Positions 13,166-26,656 of a DNA stretch of 64,000 bases are shown in pieces. Source of the stretch: Octopus bimaculoides (lineage: Eukaryota). The number at the start of each line of letters is the position of its first letter. Positions within the stretch are counted from its first letter, which is position 1. The stretch covers positions 37,130,582 through 37,194,581 of the forward strand of contig NC_068986.1 of the NCBI RefSeq assembly GCF_001194135.2. Direction: 5' to 3'. Below the pieces are notes generated by a model. The model ran no database searches. It was not told where the DNA came from and saw only the letters and a list, made by a program, of their open reading frames with translations. Made by a program: the position numbers and the translations under genes.

Positions 13166-14493
13166 CACAATGGAAACTCAGTCCTTCATATTCATATATG
13201 ATAATTAAACTATAGGTGCAGGCGTAACCATCTGGTTGAAAAAATTCACTTCACAATCATCACCAAGTCATCATTTTAAAGTCTATTTTGCCCCATGCTT
13301 GCAAAGTCAAACAAGATTTCAGTGATGTGGATGTTCTTTCTGTCGGCAACCCTTACCTATTCCCAAGTTAGGTGATAATCTATCAAACAAGAAACAACCT
13401 AGAAATCCTTTTCATAGAGAACTGTCCACTAATGTTTCTACGAACTGTGATACTTCATTTTACAATCAGCAGTCACATGTTAAAACAAGGGAAATGTGAA
13501 CTCAATCACTATACACACACAAGCAATAGGTTTCCTTCTGTTTATATCTACCAAATTTCATACGCACACAGCATTGTAGTGGATACCAGCTGAAAGTGCA
13601 AACACAAAAGGTGCAAAATGCAAGCCATGTGGTTTCAAAGCAAACTTCTTAACTACATGGCCATACCTGTATGCACACATGCACACACCTATAGGAAGTG
13701 AGGTACTGAAAAATGAAACTGAAGGTATGAATGTTGAGCAGCAAAAAGAGGAGGTGAATAGTAAAAGAATGAAAACATGAGAAATGAAAAATAAAGAATT
13801 TACAATAGAAAATGAATGTCTGAATGAGGAAGGGAGCAAAAAAGAGAAAGAGAGAGAATATAACAAAAACAAGGAAGTAAAGAGAAAAAGATTAAATTAT
13901 CTCCTAATCTAAACTATGAGAACAAGTGCTGTGTTGATTCCATTCACCCTATCTCTTCTTTTATTTTTTACAGTCTGTAGTTATTAGTAGTTCAATAGTT
14001 AGTATTTATTAGAAATATTTCAGTTTAAACAAACATTTTATTGAAGATTATTTAATGTAAGTTATGGTGGAGTGGAATAGTGAGCCATATAAATATTCAT
14101 AAGTATGTCTGTATGTCATCAGATTTAATCCATCACCGAATTCCAAAATCCCTGGATCTACCCCTTGAGTAACTTTAGTAGAGTCCACTCTGCTGCAAGA
14201 ATTCAAGCCATGTCTCCAATCAGCAGATGACTCACTCCTACCCTTCTCAGAATCATTCAAAAAAGGTATGGGCACTGTTCTTCCTATGACTAAACCAGAC
14301 AATAAAAGGTAGAAAAAAAAAGACATTAAAAACATTGTGGGAATTTAAAAGCAAATTGTGGGAATATATGGCTAAGTACCTATATTTCCCATTTCAAATT
14401 ATTTTATCAACATCACAAATACCTTTAACCAAGGACTGACATTCTCAACTATTCATTTCTATTTCTCAGCAAATCACATTTTCCGTCTGTATT

Positions 14494-14653
14494 TTGTCAC
14501 ACCATGTCACGCTGAATATCCCCGAGAACTACGTTAAGGGTACACGTGTCTGTGGAGTGCTCAGCCACTTGCACGTTAATTTCACGAGCAGGCTGTTCCG
14601 TTGATTGGATCAACTGGAACCCTCGACGTCGTAAGCGACAGACTGCCAACAAC
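14494..14653 (+). mobile_element. SINE family F, 5'-truncated
   Basis: Near-identical to the 3' part of 55841-56229 (cacgctgaatatcccc.agaactac.ttaagggtaca.gtgtctgtggagtgctcagccacttgcacgttaatt...gtcgtaagcgac), short (AAC) tail. Confidence 0.9.
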
Positions 14654-15574
14654 CCTCACCTCTCTTATAAAAATTCACTCAAAATTTCAATTTAATCATA
14701 ATCAGTTTTGTTTTTCATCTCAATGAAGAAAATTTTCAAGTACTACTTTATCCAAAGTTGGCTCTTTAAAAATTTCATATAAATTTTAAAAACATTCATA
14801 TACATGCCTGTGTGTGTGTGCGTGTGCGTCCGTACATGCGTGCATGTGTGTGTACATTAGCAATTTTCTTTTTTATTTTCTAGTTTCCCCATAACATGAA
14901 ACATTAAATTCTACTAATTTTTCAGAAACAAACTGCAATTAATTAATCAAAAGTTAATTGCCCAAAAGATATGTAAAGAATATAAAATTATTTAACCAAT
15001 ACTTCAAAACAGATGGTGTCTAAAAGGTAAAATGATTGTTTTAGAGTTTTTTTTTTTTTTTTCAAATGTCTTAGAAGACGAAGGATGGCCATTCTACCAA
15101 GTTTAAAGGTACCTAAGAACCTGGTATCGGTGTGAAACTGGACCACAGATTCTCACCCAATAACTGAAACCGTCTCTCCAGCAGGCCTCCACATGATTTC
15201 CATTTACCCAATTTCAATTAGAAGGCTTTGGTCAACTTGAGGCAGTGCTAATGCTGAAAGACACTGACCTATAGTCCTACTCATTAGGACTGAACACAAG
15301 ACCATGTGGCTGCAAAGCAAACTGCTTGACCACATGACCATGTCTGCACTCATATATTACAATGCTAGTCATTTTAAATTAACCAAAGAAGATTAGCAGG
15401 AAAACAAGTCTAGTCTTGCAATTTCTCAATTACTGTAGATGTCACCTCAGCATTTAAGATTGCATATTTTGGCAATATGTAATAAAGAAGGAAACCATTA
15501 CAGAACATCAAACAACAATGTTAGTAAGTGTAAAAATGAATAGGAGAAAGGAAATAGTAATGGAAATATATTCT

Positions 15575-15700
15575 TTTAAGTCCTATTTGTTTTTTTAATC
15601 GTGTATACCAATAACTAAGTTCCAGGGATGTAAACACACCAACACTGGTTGTCAAGTCATGATGGAGGACAAACACAGCCACGAAAACACATGCACACAT

Positions 15701-15747
<47 letters not shown>

Positions 15748-15911
15748 TATATACAACAGGCTTCTTATAGTTTCCATCTATCAAATCCACTCATATGGCT
15801 TTGTCAGACTGAGACCAAAGTAAAAGACCGTTGCTCAAAGTGTCATGCCATGGGACTGAACCCAGAACCATGTACTTGAGAAGCAAACTTTTTACCACAC
15901 AGCCACACCTA
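15575..15911 (-). mobile_element. SINE family B with internal (TA)n
   Basis: Reverse complement of the B head (ccatgggactgaacccagaaccatgt..aagcaaac.ttttaccacacagccacacct) plus a partial 3' module, separated by (TA)n. Confidence 0.8.
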
Positions 15912-15999
15912 TTTGTCTTCTCTTTCTTATATCTTGAGTGAATGAGCTTATCACAGAATAGCGTGAACTCATCAATTTTAAACAGTTACAATGCAACCT

Positions 16000-16320
16000 T
16001 GCTCATGCTGGTACCATGATAAAATGCACTCAATATACTTTGTGAAGTGCTTGGCTAATAAGTACAGATGACAAAGGGTTGGTCAAGAGGACTTTTAGTC
16101 TCATCAAAGACATGATGTCTTTAAAACTGGTGGCACAATAAAATGCACCCAGTACATTCTGTACAGTGGTCAGTGATAGGAAGGGCATTCAACCAGAGAA
16201 AACAAGACAAAAATGAAACAGAGACTACATCAAGGAGAACAGTAATTTCAGATAAGAACTAACTTGGACCATGATGACTCAACCGACCCATGCTAACATG
16301 GAGAGAAAACACAAAACAAC
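16000..16320 (+). mobile_element. Old SINE family E-like copy
   Basis: ggcacaataaaatgcacccagtaca..gtggtcagtgataggaagggcattcaacc..acccatgctaacatgga. Confidence 0.55.
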
Positions 16321-16939
16321 AATGGTAATGATGATGATGAATATGATGATGAGGAGGATGATGATAATGGTTAGTCTAATATTTTAACTTTTGTTAAAAG
16401 CTTCATAAAAGTATTAAGGGCATTAATAAAGTTTAGTACTTACATAGTCTAAATAACAGTAGAAGAAGTAGTATCAAGTCCTAAGAAATGAAAATCTTCA
16501 TTACATTTATGTAATGTCAACAGACGTTGTTCTTATGTTTGTTTATAAAGATATGTGTGTTGGTATGTTGGCAGTTAAATCTTTCTAATCTGTTTAAGTA
16601 TGCAAACACCGCTATTAATTAAATTGATGAAGATTATGACAATGAGAACATTTGTTCACTTGTTGTGGTTGCATACACATGTAGCTTGACAGATCTGATT
16701 AATTCATACAAATACACAAAAACAAAACACATTCATGCACACACACACACAAACACACACACATACACACATACACACACACACACACACATTAATATCA
16801 TGTCACAATTACCACAATTATGATCTTATCAAATAGAGTGATTTTTATATACATTATATATACACAATTCAATTCATTCACATACATGCATTTACCATGT
16901 TACAAAAGCATTACATTCCTCAAAATCTTACCATAATAT

Positions 16940-17033
16940 GGAATTTTGTAATGCAAAACCTATTTTCCCATTGACGTCCATGTTTTGTAGCATTGTAGTT
17001 GATGGGAAAATAGGTTTTGTGTAAGAGAATTCC
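16940..17033 (+). other. Long stem-loop (pre-miRNA-like or MITE relic)
   Basis: Perfect 18-bp inverted repeat caaaacctattttcccat (16954-16971) / atgggaaaataggttttg (17002-17019), extended by G.U pairs on the + strand and by ggaatt/aattcc. Confidence 0.75.
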
Positions 17034-17250
17034 ACGTCAGGGCAGGACTTTCAGGAATGCAACATCTCCATAAAGCCAGAGATGCCTATATATCAGATAT
17101 ATGTATTTATATGTATATATACCTATGTACATATGCATACATAAATATAACTCAATACACATTAAATCTCTTTCTCTCACTCACACAACACGAATGTAAG
17201 TACACACACAACACAAACGTAAGCACACACACACACATCTAAAAGTGTAA

Positions 17251-17508
17251 AGGCCCTCTTCAGTCATGAATGACCATCGGATTGCACCTAGAAAGTTACC
17301 CTCCAAGGCACAAGTCAAGTCGAGGTTGTTTATGGAAAACCAGCAGTCGCCCATGCATACCAGCCTCCTCTTCTCTCAACACCACCGATGTTATCCAAAG
17401 GAAAGGCAATGGCTAATACAGCTTGGGACCAGTGATGTCGCAGCTCATTTCTACAGCTGAGTGAACTAGAACATGAAATAAAGTGTCTTGCTCAAGAACA
17501 CAACACAC
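17251..17508 (-). mobile_element. SINE family D, lacking the tRNA head
   Basis: Matches 28841-29164 (ttcagtcat..gattgcacctagaaagttaccctccaaggca..gttatccaaaggaaaggcaa..ctcatttctacagctgagtgaact..gtgtcttg.tcaagaacac). Confidence 0.85.
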
Positions 17509-20268
17509 AATATATATAATAAATGATTTCCAGTTTGAAAGTAACTTCCTCCAACCAGTCACAGAAGTTTCCCAAAAGTATGAATCATGCACACTGTATT
17601 TCTCTTACTAAGTGTTTTGAGAAATTTATTCTACAATTCAACTATTTGAAAACCATCTACTTTAAGGTTGAATCAATTCCATTATAATCCCCAACCCACT
17701 GTATTAAATAAAAGTTTTGTACCCACTCAAATTAAATAAAATCAGTATCTTTGCTCAAAAACTCTTTTGAAAGAGCTTGGCTTCTCTGATTCTGTCTAAT
17801 ATTATACAAGTATTTAAATTGGCAAAATGATTAGAACATCAGGGACAATATCTTACAGTATGTATCACTCCTTACATTCACATAAGTAAATGTTACCTTT
17901 CTTCATTCCAAAGTTGATAAAATACCTATTAAACACAGGCACAATCTAATCAACTGTACTCCTTTTACAAAATGTAAGGTCTTACATTTATGTTAAAAAT
18001 CATTATTTTATAGTGGGTACTTCATACACACATGTAGTTAGACACTTTATTACTTTAAACAAAAATAAACTATAATATCTTTGAATCAAAGAAAGACTCA
18101 TTCTGTAAGAAATAGCTGCCACATCTCCCTCACACCACACCCTACAGTCTATGAAAAGAAAGACTAACCAGATTGGAATACCTTCCAACATAATTCTTCA
18201 TGATTAGGTTGATCTGCAACTTGACCATTACAAAATCTAAAGGTAGATAAAACAAACTTTTGTTCTTCCTCATCAATCTCTTTTTTCTGTGTGTGTCTGT
18301 AAATATCCACTTAGAGAGAAAAAAAAAATATCTGCCTTTCTTCTTTCAAATAAAACCTGTTGCAAAAGGCCTTTAACAAACTCCCTTGCTAGCAAAAGGG
18401 AGTGGGAAATCTTTACCATAATTCTCTTCAGAAACATTTATACCAGTTTCCACCACCACCAAAACTAAGGAAAAAAAAGAAAATTAAGAAAATACAATAG
18501 CAACAACAGTAACAAGGTGTCCAAATACAATGAAGACCATAACAGAGGTGACATGTCACAATGAAGAAAGTCTCATTTGTCTTTGGGCAGACATGGGCAG
18601 GAAGTATTTCAATGTAAGTAGATACAGGTCAAGTCTTATATGGTAGACTTGATAGAAGTTATTATATACCTGCTCAATAGACAGTGGGAAAATTCTGGAG
18701 ACAGCAGTATTTCACGAATTTAAACATTTTAAGATCTCAGAAGTCCCTTCTAATTCTCATCATTGTTCATTGTCTTTTTCAATGTAGCTGAAACAAGACT
18801 TAGTATTTAACAATAAACTTGACTTATCAAGTTGTAGAAGTTGTTGCTTGTTATTGTTTTTGTTGTTGTTGCTAAAATTATTTTGGTTATTGTAGCAAAG
18901 TTGGTGGTTGTCGTGGGTCTATTTTTTCCCTTTCTCTTTTTCTTATAGTTGGGGACAATAGATAAGCAAGTATGAATTAGGGGTTCCATGTAAGAGATTG
19001 CAAGAAGAACTTTAAGCTGTTGTTACTGTTCAACATGTACAGCATGACCCACCTGACCTATAATCAAAAGCATTCATATCAATCAAGACATGACCATCCC
19101 AACATATTTACAGATATTGTATCTAGGATTACATTATTCAAGATATTCTTTAAGAGAGTAGGGTGTAATTTAAGGGAGTTTTTGGTTGTTATGTCTAGGA
19201 GAGTGAGTAACCAAACAGACTTCTTCCTTAGCTCATTGAGTTGTATGAGGAAGAGGAGGATGTGAGAAAACAAATGTGACGGAGTGAGTGTATCAGGTTG
19301 TAAGTGGAGTGAGTTAAGTTGATTATAAGCTAATGAGCATCAGTAAGAGTGTACAGGTGAATATGAACAAATGAATGATGTACGGATGAAGATGAACGTG
19401 TTTGAGAGTTTAGCATAATACTAAAATAGCAGCAACAGAGCCATTTTAACATAGAAGAATGCAAGTCCAGACTTACACATCAAGTAGCCTCAGAAGATGG
19501 TTGAATAATAAATGTTGTACCTCAGGAGGTAGGCGATGGTTCGATGATATCAAAAGTCACAGCTTGTCATGCTTGGGAATCTAGTTGGAAAGTTTCACGA
19601 TGGTTGCTACTGACAGAACAATACAGAGGTGCCTTAGGACTCTATCCATTGACTCTTCTAGGAATAACAGGTGGAGAAAATGGATGGATGAATGAATGAA
19701 TGGATGGATGGATTTGGTACAAATGGAGTGTAATTTGAACTCAAAATATTTTGATCGGCACATAAAATCCATCTCCACTTGCTCACCTTAGCTTCTACAG
19801 TAACTAACATAAACTATAAAGCGTTGTAACTCTCAAGACTACAGTATCAACATCTGTTCTAGTATCCGTGCCACAATCAAACTGATAAGAGTTCATAGAA
19901 ATAATTATGCTGCTACTGATTGTGTCAGTATGATAACTGTGCCACCTGATATATGTGCTACCGTAATGGGGAGTCATGTGCAATAATTATACCAATGAGA
20001 TAACTGTGTCATTGCCAACTGTTTCATCATAATAAATATGTCAATGTTTGTGTGATGACTGTAAGACAATGAGTATGATAATTTAGTAACACAGATTTCA
20101 TTAGCAACACACAGGCACAAACATACACACACACACACACTACACCCAATGAACATACGTTCACCCACCACATCCCAAAAGGGACATTTAGTTACCAGTC
20201 AATGTTAAGGCATAGATGTTAGACATTCACCTATCGTGTTTTAGAAAACATACACATAAATACATCAC

Positions 20269-20299
<31 letters not shown>

Positions 20300-20608
20300 N
20301 NNNNNNNNNNNNNNNNNNNNNNNNNNNNNNNNNNNNNNNNNNNNNNNNNNNNNNNNNNNNNNNNNNNNNNNNNNNNNNNNNNNNNNNNNNNNNNNNNNNN
20401 NNNNNNNNNNNNNNNNNNNNNNNNNNNNNNNNNNNNNNNNNNNNNNNNNNNNNNNNNNNNNNNNNNNNNNNNNNNNNNNNNNNNNNNNNNNNNNNNNNNN
20501 NNNNNNNNNNNNNNNNNNNNNNNNNNNNNNNNNNNNNNNNNNNNNNNNNNNNNNNNNNNNNNNNNNNNNNNNNNNNNNNNNNNNNNNNNNNNNNNNNNNN
20601 NNNNNNNN

Positions 20609-20706
20609 ACACACACACACACAAACATGTATACATACATACATACACACACACATATACACACATACACACACACACACAAACATGTATACATACATAC
20701 ATACAC

Positions 20707-20747
<41 letters not shown>

Positions 20748-20790
20748 AACATGTATACATACATACACATACATATACATAACATATATA
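20609..20790. repeat. Higher-order CA/TA minisatellite
   Basis: Unit (ac)n-aaacatgtatacatacatacatacac-(ac)n-atat repeated about three times after a gap. Confidence 0.75.
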
Positions 20791-20869
20791 CATATACATA
20801 AATATGTACACACACATATATATTCATATGTACATACATGTATATAAACACACACAAGTATGTGTGTGT

Positions 20870-20900
<31 letters not shown>

Positions 20901-21495
20901 CAATTAATTTTCTACTACAATGAAAATGTGTTTTGATTTAAATCTTCCTTGCCTTTTCTACACCTTCCATCACCATCACCAATAACAAAGTCATCAGCAA
21001 CACCACCAACAACACCGCCATCATCATCATCAAGACCAAATAGGTTACAGAAATAATGATTGTTTTCACCACAGAAAACTGTATATCTAGACATGGCACC
21101 TTTGTTATTTATTATTTCACATATATATATACACACACATACATACACAAACATATATATATCATCATCATCATCATCATCATATCTTAACATCTGCTTT
21201 CCATGCTAGCTGCCTTAATGACCTAAAACTAACCTATATATAAACATCCATTCTCTTCTCAGGGGTCATCTAATAGTCGGCTATTTTGAGCCTGGCTGCA
21301 TTCGAAAGATTTCTTTAATATTGAAGAATCACTACTAATTTCATAAGCACTTCTTCCAAAATTGCTTTGTTTAGGTGAAATCTAATCTTCTAGCTGAAGG
21401 TATATTTCCCACTGAATCAATCTCAGAGTGTGAGTAAATGTGTGTGTGAACATGTATATGTGTGCGTGTATATAAATATATNNNNNNNNNNTATA

Positions 21496-21540
<45 letters not shown>

Positions 21541-21547
<7 letters not shown>

Positions 21548-21775
21548 CCAGGGTACACTATTCCTTGAGAATGCTTCTCCTCCAGTATGTTCATGGGTGA
21601 AATGACCTTTTGGTCATATATTTGTCTGTTCTATCTGAGTTGATCTGGGTTTAAGCTGTGGTTGTTATTACCATTTAAACCCAGATCAACTCAGATAGAA
21701 CAGACAGATATATGACGAAAAGGTCATTTTACCCACGAGAAGCATTCTCAAGGAATAGTGTACTCTGGACAATAT
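21541..21775. mobile_element. Foldback/MITE-like palindromic element
   Basis: About 100-bp arms atattgtccag.gtacactattccttgagaatgcttctc...gatctgggtttaa and its reverse complement; about 5 substitutions and one 13-nt indel by eye; about 19-nt loop; TA-rich flanks; no ORF. Confidence 0.85.
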
Positions 21776-23132
21776 TATAATGTCTTTTTATAAGTGGGTA
21801 GCATGTGGTTTAATGAGAGTTGAGCCAATAAGTACTGGGGTTGATTATTTCAACTAAACATTCTTCAAGGTGGTGCCCCAGCATGGCCAGATTCTAGTGA
21901 CTGAAACAAGTAAAAGATAAAAGATATTCATACACATAAATACACACTTGCTTGAGTACACACACGCATGCACACACACACATACATATGCATGCACATA
22001 CACATTGTATTGGCTGTTTCATATGAAGTATGAAGGTCACTGACAGAGAGAGAAAGAGTGAGAGGGAAAATACTAAGAAAATAGAGAAAGAAAATAAGAG
22101 GGAGAGAGAGAAGAGGGAAGTGAAAGAGACTTATAAACGAAAGCATGAGAGAAAGGGAGAGAGTATGTAAAAGACAGAAAAGGAGAGGGGGAAAAAGAAA
22201 ACAAGAAAGAGGAGCATAAGAGAGAGAGAGAGAGAGGTTGGGTGTGAAAAAGAGATAGACAAGAAAGGGGAGAAATTATTCAGTGAGGGGAAAAGATTTC
22301 AGGAGAAAGAAAATAAAGGGCTTGAAGCAGAAATGGGTAGCAGTGGGGGTGGTGGGGGCAGGAAGAACAATAGAAAAAGTGGAATAGTGAAAGAGAGAGG
22401 GGGGGAAAGGGTGATGTACTAAATAGTTAATTAGAAAGGAAGAAAGGCAGAAAGCTGAAGATAAAGAGAAGCAAGAAAGACTAGAATTTAGAAATGTCAT
22501 CAATACAGATTAAAAAGAAGGAAAGGAGAGATGAACCTCTGGTTTATGTCACACAGTAATTTAGCTGAGTCAGTGATCAACAGTAAAGGTGATATGTCTA
22601 ATGTCAGAGGTGACAGATGAGAGAGAGAGTGGTGTGTGAGTGTGATGTAGGCAGTGGGTCTTAATTCATCATCACACTCCCCTCTAGGTGACTATCCCCG
22701 TATATTACATACATACTACAGAGGTACTTGTACATACGTTTCACATATATACTATACACATGTATGTCTGCATACATACATACATACATACATACATTCA
22801 AATACAAATATCTTAGAAATATTTACACAAACACACTGTGTGTGTGTGTGTGCGCGCGCGCGCATGCAGGTGAGTGTGCTGGTGGATAGCAAATGTGCAA
22901 CATCTTTTACTTAAAGAGCATGTATATGGGTATATCCACAAGTGTTAGTGTGTGCTCTAGTGTGTGTGTATGAGTGTGTGTTCAAATGTGCTCTTCTTCG
23001 TGTGTGTGTGTGTGTGTGCCTGTGTGTTAGTGTTTATGTGCATGCACGTGTGTGTGTGTGTGTGTATGTGTGTGTGTGTGTGCATGCATATGTGTGTGTA
23101 CTTAAGCAAGTGTGTATTTGTGTGTGTGAATA

Positions 23133-23504
23133 TCTTTTATCTTTTACTTGTTTCAGTCACTAGACTGTGGCCATGCTGGGGCACGGCCTTGTAAAATTTT
23201 TAGTTGAATGAACCAACCCCAGTACTTATTTTTTTTCTTTAAGCCTGGCACTTATACTATCACTCTCTTTTGCTGAACTGCTAAGTTACAGGGACATAAA
23301 CAAACCAGTTATTAACAGTGGAGAAGGAAACAAACAGACACACAAACATATATGATGGGCTTCTTTCAGTTTCCGTCTACCAAATCCACTCGCAAGTCTT
23401 TGGTTGGGTAAAGGCTATAATAGAAAACACATGCCCAAGGTGCCATGCAGTGGTGCTGAACCCAGAACCATGTGGTGAAGAAGCAAGCTTCTTACCACAC
23501 AGCC
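23133..23504 (-). mobile_element. SINE family B, near full length
   Basis: cttttacttgtttcagtca..ctgtggccatgctggggcac..cagtacttatt...gggcttctttcagtttccgtctaccaaatccactc..cccaaggtgccatgcagtgg..gaacccagaaccatgtgg..cttaccacacagcc. Confidence 0.88.
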
Positions 23505-23899
23505 AGTGTGATAAAACAAGTAATTACATGAGTGTATGTGTGTGCACGAGAAAGAGAGCGAGTGCATATGTTGTCGTCTGGGTATGTGAATAAATGTATG
23601 CATATGTATGTATGGTATGTGCATGCTAGTGAAAATATGATTGAGTGAAAAGAAAAACTGAATGATTAAAGTTTAAAATCAAGTTCCAAAATGAGACTAA
23701 TTGAAGAAATGGAAAGGTAGAGTTTAAATTTATTTAATTAATTTGTAAAACTTCTCATCACTAATTATAGCAAAATATTCATTAAATAATTTAATCAAAG
23801 AATACTGAGCAATTGACACACTACACAACCTAAGACAACATCAAATAAAACGAAAGATGGTGATGATGGTGGTGGTGCAGATGGTAGCTGTGTTCAGCC

Positions 23900-24085
23900 A
23901 GCATTTATTGAGCTCATGTATATAAAATGAATGGCAGACCAGCCATGACCATCCCATCCTATTAGTATAAGTAGAACTACATTACCTAATGTGTCCTTTC
24001 ATTTTTCTAAGGTATGTAGATGGTGATTTGAAGAAATTTTGCTGCAGTTTCTAGCAGCTTAAGAAACTGCATGAAGGCTCCTTTG
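23900..24085. mobile_element. Repeat family G copy (reverse of the 24810 copy)
   Basis: ccatgaccatcccatc..ctacattacctaatgtgtcctttc..gatggtgatttgaagaaattttgctgcagtttctagcag. Confidence 0.6.
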
Positions 24086-24405
24086 ATAACGAGTGATGAA
24101 ATGATGATAGTTATCGAAGATAAAACAGGTAAGTATGTACATATATATATGTACATACATATATATATATATATATATANNNNNNNNNNNNNNNNNNNNN
24201 NNNNNNNNNNNNNNNNNNNNNNNNNNNNNNNNNNNNNNNNNNNNNNNNNNNNNNNNNNNNNNNNNNNNNNNNNNNNNNNNNNNNNNNNNNNNNNNNNNNN
24301 NNNNNNNNNNNNNNNNNNNNNNNNNNNNNNNNNNNNNNNNNNNNNNNNNNNNNNNNNNNNNNNNATATATATATATATATATATACATTATATATATATA
24401 TACAT

Positions 24406-24429
<24 letters not shown>

Positions 24430-24436
<7 letters not shown>

Positions 24437-24634
24437 TTGTTCCCCCAATGTCGCTTGACAACCAATGCTGGTGTGTAATTACATCCCTGTAATCTAGCCG
24501 TTTGGCAAAAGTGTCCAATAGAATAAGTATGAGGCTTACAAGGAATAAGTCTTGGGGTTGATTTGTTCGACTAAAGGTGGTGCTCCAGCATGGCTGCAGT
24601 CAAATGACTGAAACAAGTAAAACAATAAAAGAAT
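24430..24634 (+). mobile_element. SINE family B 3' module
   Basis: gtgtttgttcccccaatgtcgcttgacaaccaatgctggtgtg..gaataagtcttggggttgatttgttcgactaaaggtggtgctccagcatggctgcagtcaaatgactgaaacaagtaaaa. Confidence 0.88.
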
Positions 24635-24809
24635 ACATGTGTGTGTGTATGTAATTATATGTATGTATGTATGTATGTATTACACACATACACAGTGAGA
24701 GAGAGATACATAGGCAGATTTCATAATATTTATAATTAATAACACTTGAAAAGCTACAGGCAATACATTAGAACCAGTTGAAAATACAAACAAAACATTG
24801 CAGAATGCT

Positions 24810-25015
24810 GTTATCATATGAAATATGCTTGAAACAGCAGCCAAATACCCCTCAAATCATATTCTGATAGCTTCAAAATGGAAAAATACATTGAGCAATG
24901 TAATCCCTTTTTTATGAAATGATAGGATAGTCATAGCTGGAATGCTTTTGACAACAGATCCATCACGTCAAAACTGTCAAAACCGTCAAAACCGACATGG
25001 AGTTAAATAGCAAAA
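24810..25015. mobile_element. Repeat family G copy
   Basis: ttgaaacagcagccaaataccccctcaaatcat..acattgagcaatgtaatc..gatagtcatagctggaatgcttttgacaacagatc. Confidence 0.6.
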
Positions 25016-25029
25016 GTAATATAAGTAAT

Positions 25030-25455
25030 GTGCAGGCATGGCTTTGTGTTCAAGAAGCTCGCTTTGATTCCATGTGGATTGAGTTCAATCCCATTGTGCA
25101 GTACCTTGGGTAAGTGTCTTGTGTTATAGCCCCAAGTTGACCAATGCTTTGTGATTGACTTTGGTAGACAGGAGGTGTGTGGAAACTATAAATATGCATG
25201 TTTGTGTGTTTGTATGTACATGTCCATGGCTTTCTCTTTGCTACCCACCACCACCGCCACCTCCACTTAACAAGGGATGTTGGTTTATTTATGTCCTTGT
25301 AACTGAAATGATTCAGTAAAATGAACTGATAGAAAAAGGACTAGACTTTAAAGAAAACATAAGTAATGGGGTTTGATTTGTTCAACTAAACCCCTTTGAG
25401 GCAGTGCCCCAAGCATGGCCACAATTCAATGTCTAAAACAAGTGAAATAAAAAAG
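25030..25455 (+). mobile_element. SINE family B, full length, decayed
   Basis: gtgcaggcatggctttgtg..gagttcaatcccattgtgcagtaccttgggtaagtgtctt..ctttggtagac..3' module ending gcatggccaca..tctaaaacaagt. Confidence 0.8.
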
Positions 25456-26344
25456 GTAAGAACAATTAAAACATGATGTTGAACTGAAGGAAGAACTAGA
25501 TTAGATATTAGTGCCAGTTTCTTATAGTTCTATAGTCTATTTTCTAAGATTGTTGAAAAATGATGTCAAGAGGAAAAAGGGCAACTCATCTTCATTATAA
25601 GTAGAGGGATTATATACACACACACACACACACATATATATATGAGTATACTTGAATGTATGTATATAAATACAAGATAGCATATAAATACATTAACTCA
25701 CATATTAAGCACATAAATATACAAAATAATACATAATCAAAAGTTAATCCCTCAAAATAATAGACAATCTTTAGAAAAATAACTAAAACTAATGAGTTGG
25801 TATCTAAAATTACTTTGATTTCTGGCAAAGTGCTGACAAATTTATTTAGTGTTATAAGGTTATATAAAAACTTTGAGGCACTCCGAGAAAAAACCTGACC
25901 AGCTTTTAAAGTAATGGATAAAAAAAAAAAAAATTCCAATCAAAGTGCTAATGCTAATATAAACAATAGAAATATACGCACATAATTAACACACACACAC
26001 ACATATGTGTGTGTGTGTGGGGGGGTGCATGACTGGGTGGTTAAGTTTACTTTGTGACCACGAGACTCCCAGGTTCAATACAACAATATAGCATTTTGAG
26101 TAAATGTCTTAGCCGATGACTTCAGATTGACAAAGGCTTGTTAATGAAACTGGATAGATGAAACCTGTTTAGAAGTTTATTAAATTAAATGTATTTGATG
26201 CTAATAATGAATTGTTTCTATTAAGGACATGCAAGTCTGTGGAATACTCAACCACATACACTCTAATTTGGTGGTAGGTAGTTCAAGTGGGAGAACAATT
26301 GGACGCTCATACATCATTTTCTTTAGGGCAGGTCATTGTTTAAC

Positions 26345-26392
<48 letters not shown>

Positions 26393-26613
26393 ATCATATT
26401 TAACACATTCCTGTACACTCAGATGTGGGAAGACCTTTCACAACATAAAAAAAAAGTCTTAAGAGGAAATTCCTCTCATAGACAGTATGTTTGAAAACAT
26501 CACTGGACTATAAATTATATTATTACATCATAGAATGCATGTTTCAACAGTGTTACACTTCATCAGCAATGAATACTGAATTAGTCATTCACAGCCCTGT
26601 AAAAGTGGTTGTT

Positions 26614-26656
<43 letters not shown>

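Noticed and set aside
14048-14335. 95-aa minus ORF and competing + strand exon readings
   Set aside because: Several equally plausible frames on both strands, none homologous to anything I recognise; strand cannot be decided.
18182-18236. Minus-strand exon-like unit encoding RFCNGQVADQPNHEELCWK (vaguely glypican-like)
   Set aside because: It overlaps a decayed family G repeat (18100-18225; compare 13090-13165 and 31420-31480), so the resemblance is probably fortuitous.
18380-18403. Short palindrome actccctt-gctagc-aa-aagggagt
   Set aside because: Too short to distinguish from chance; no supporting context.
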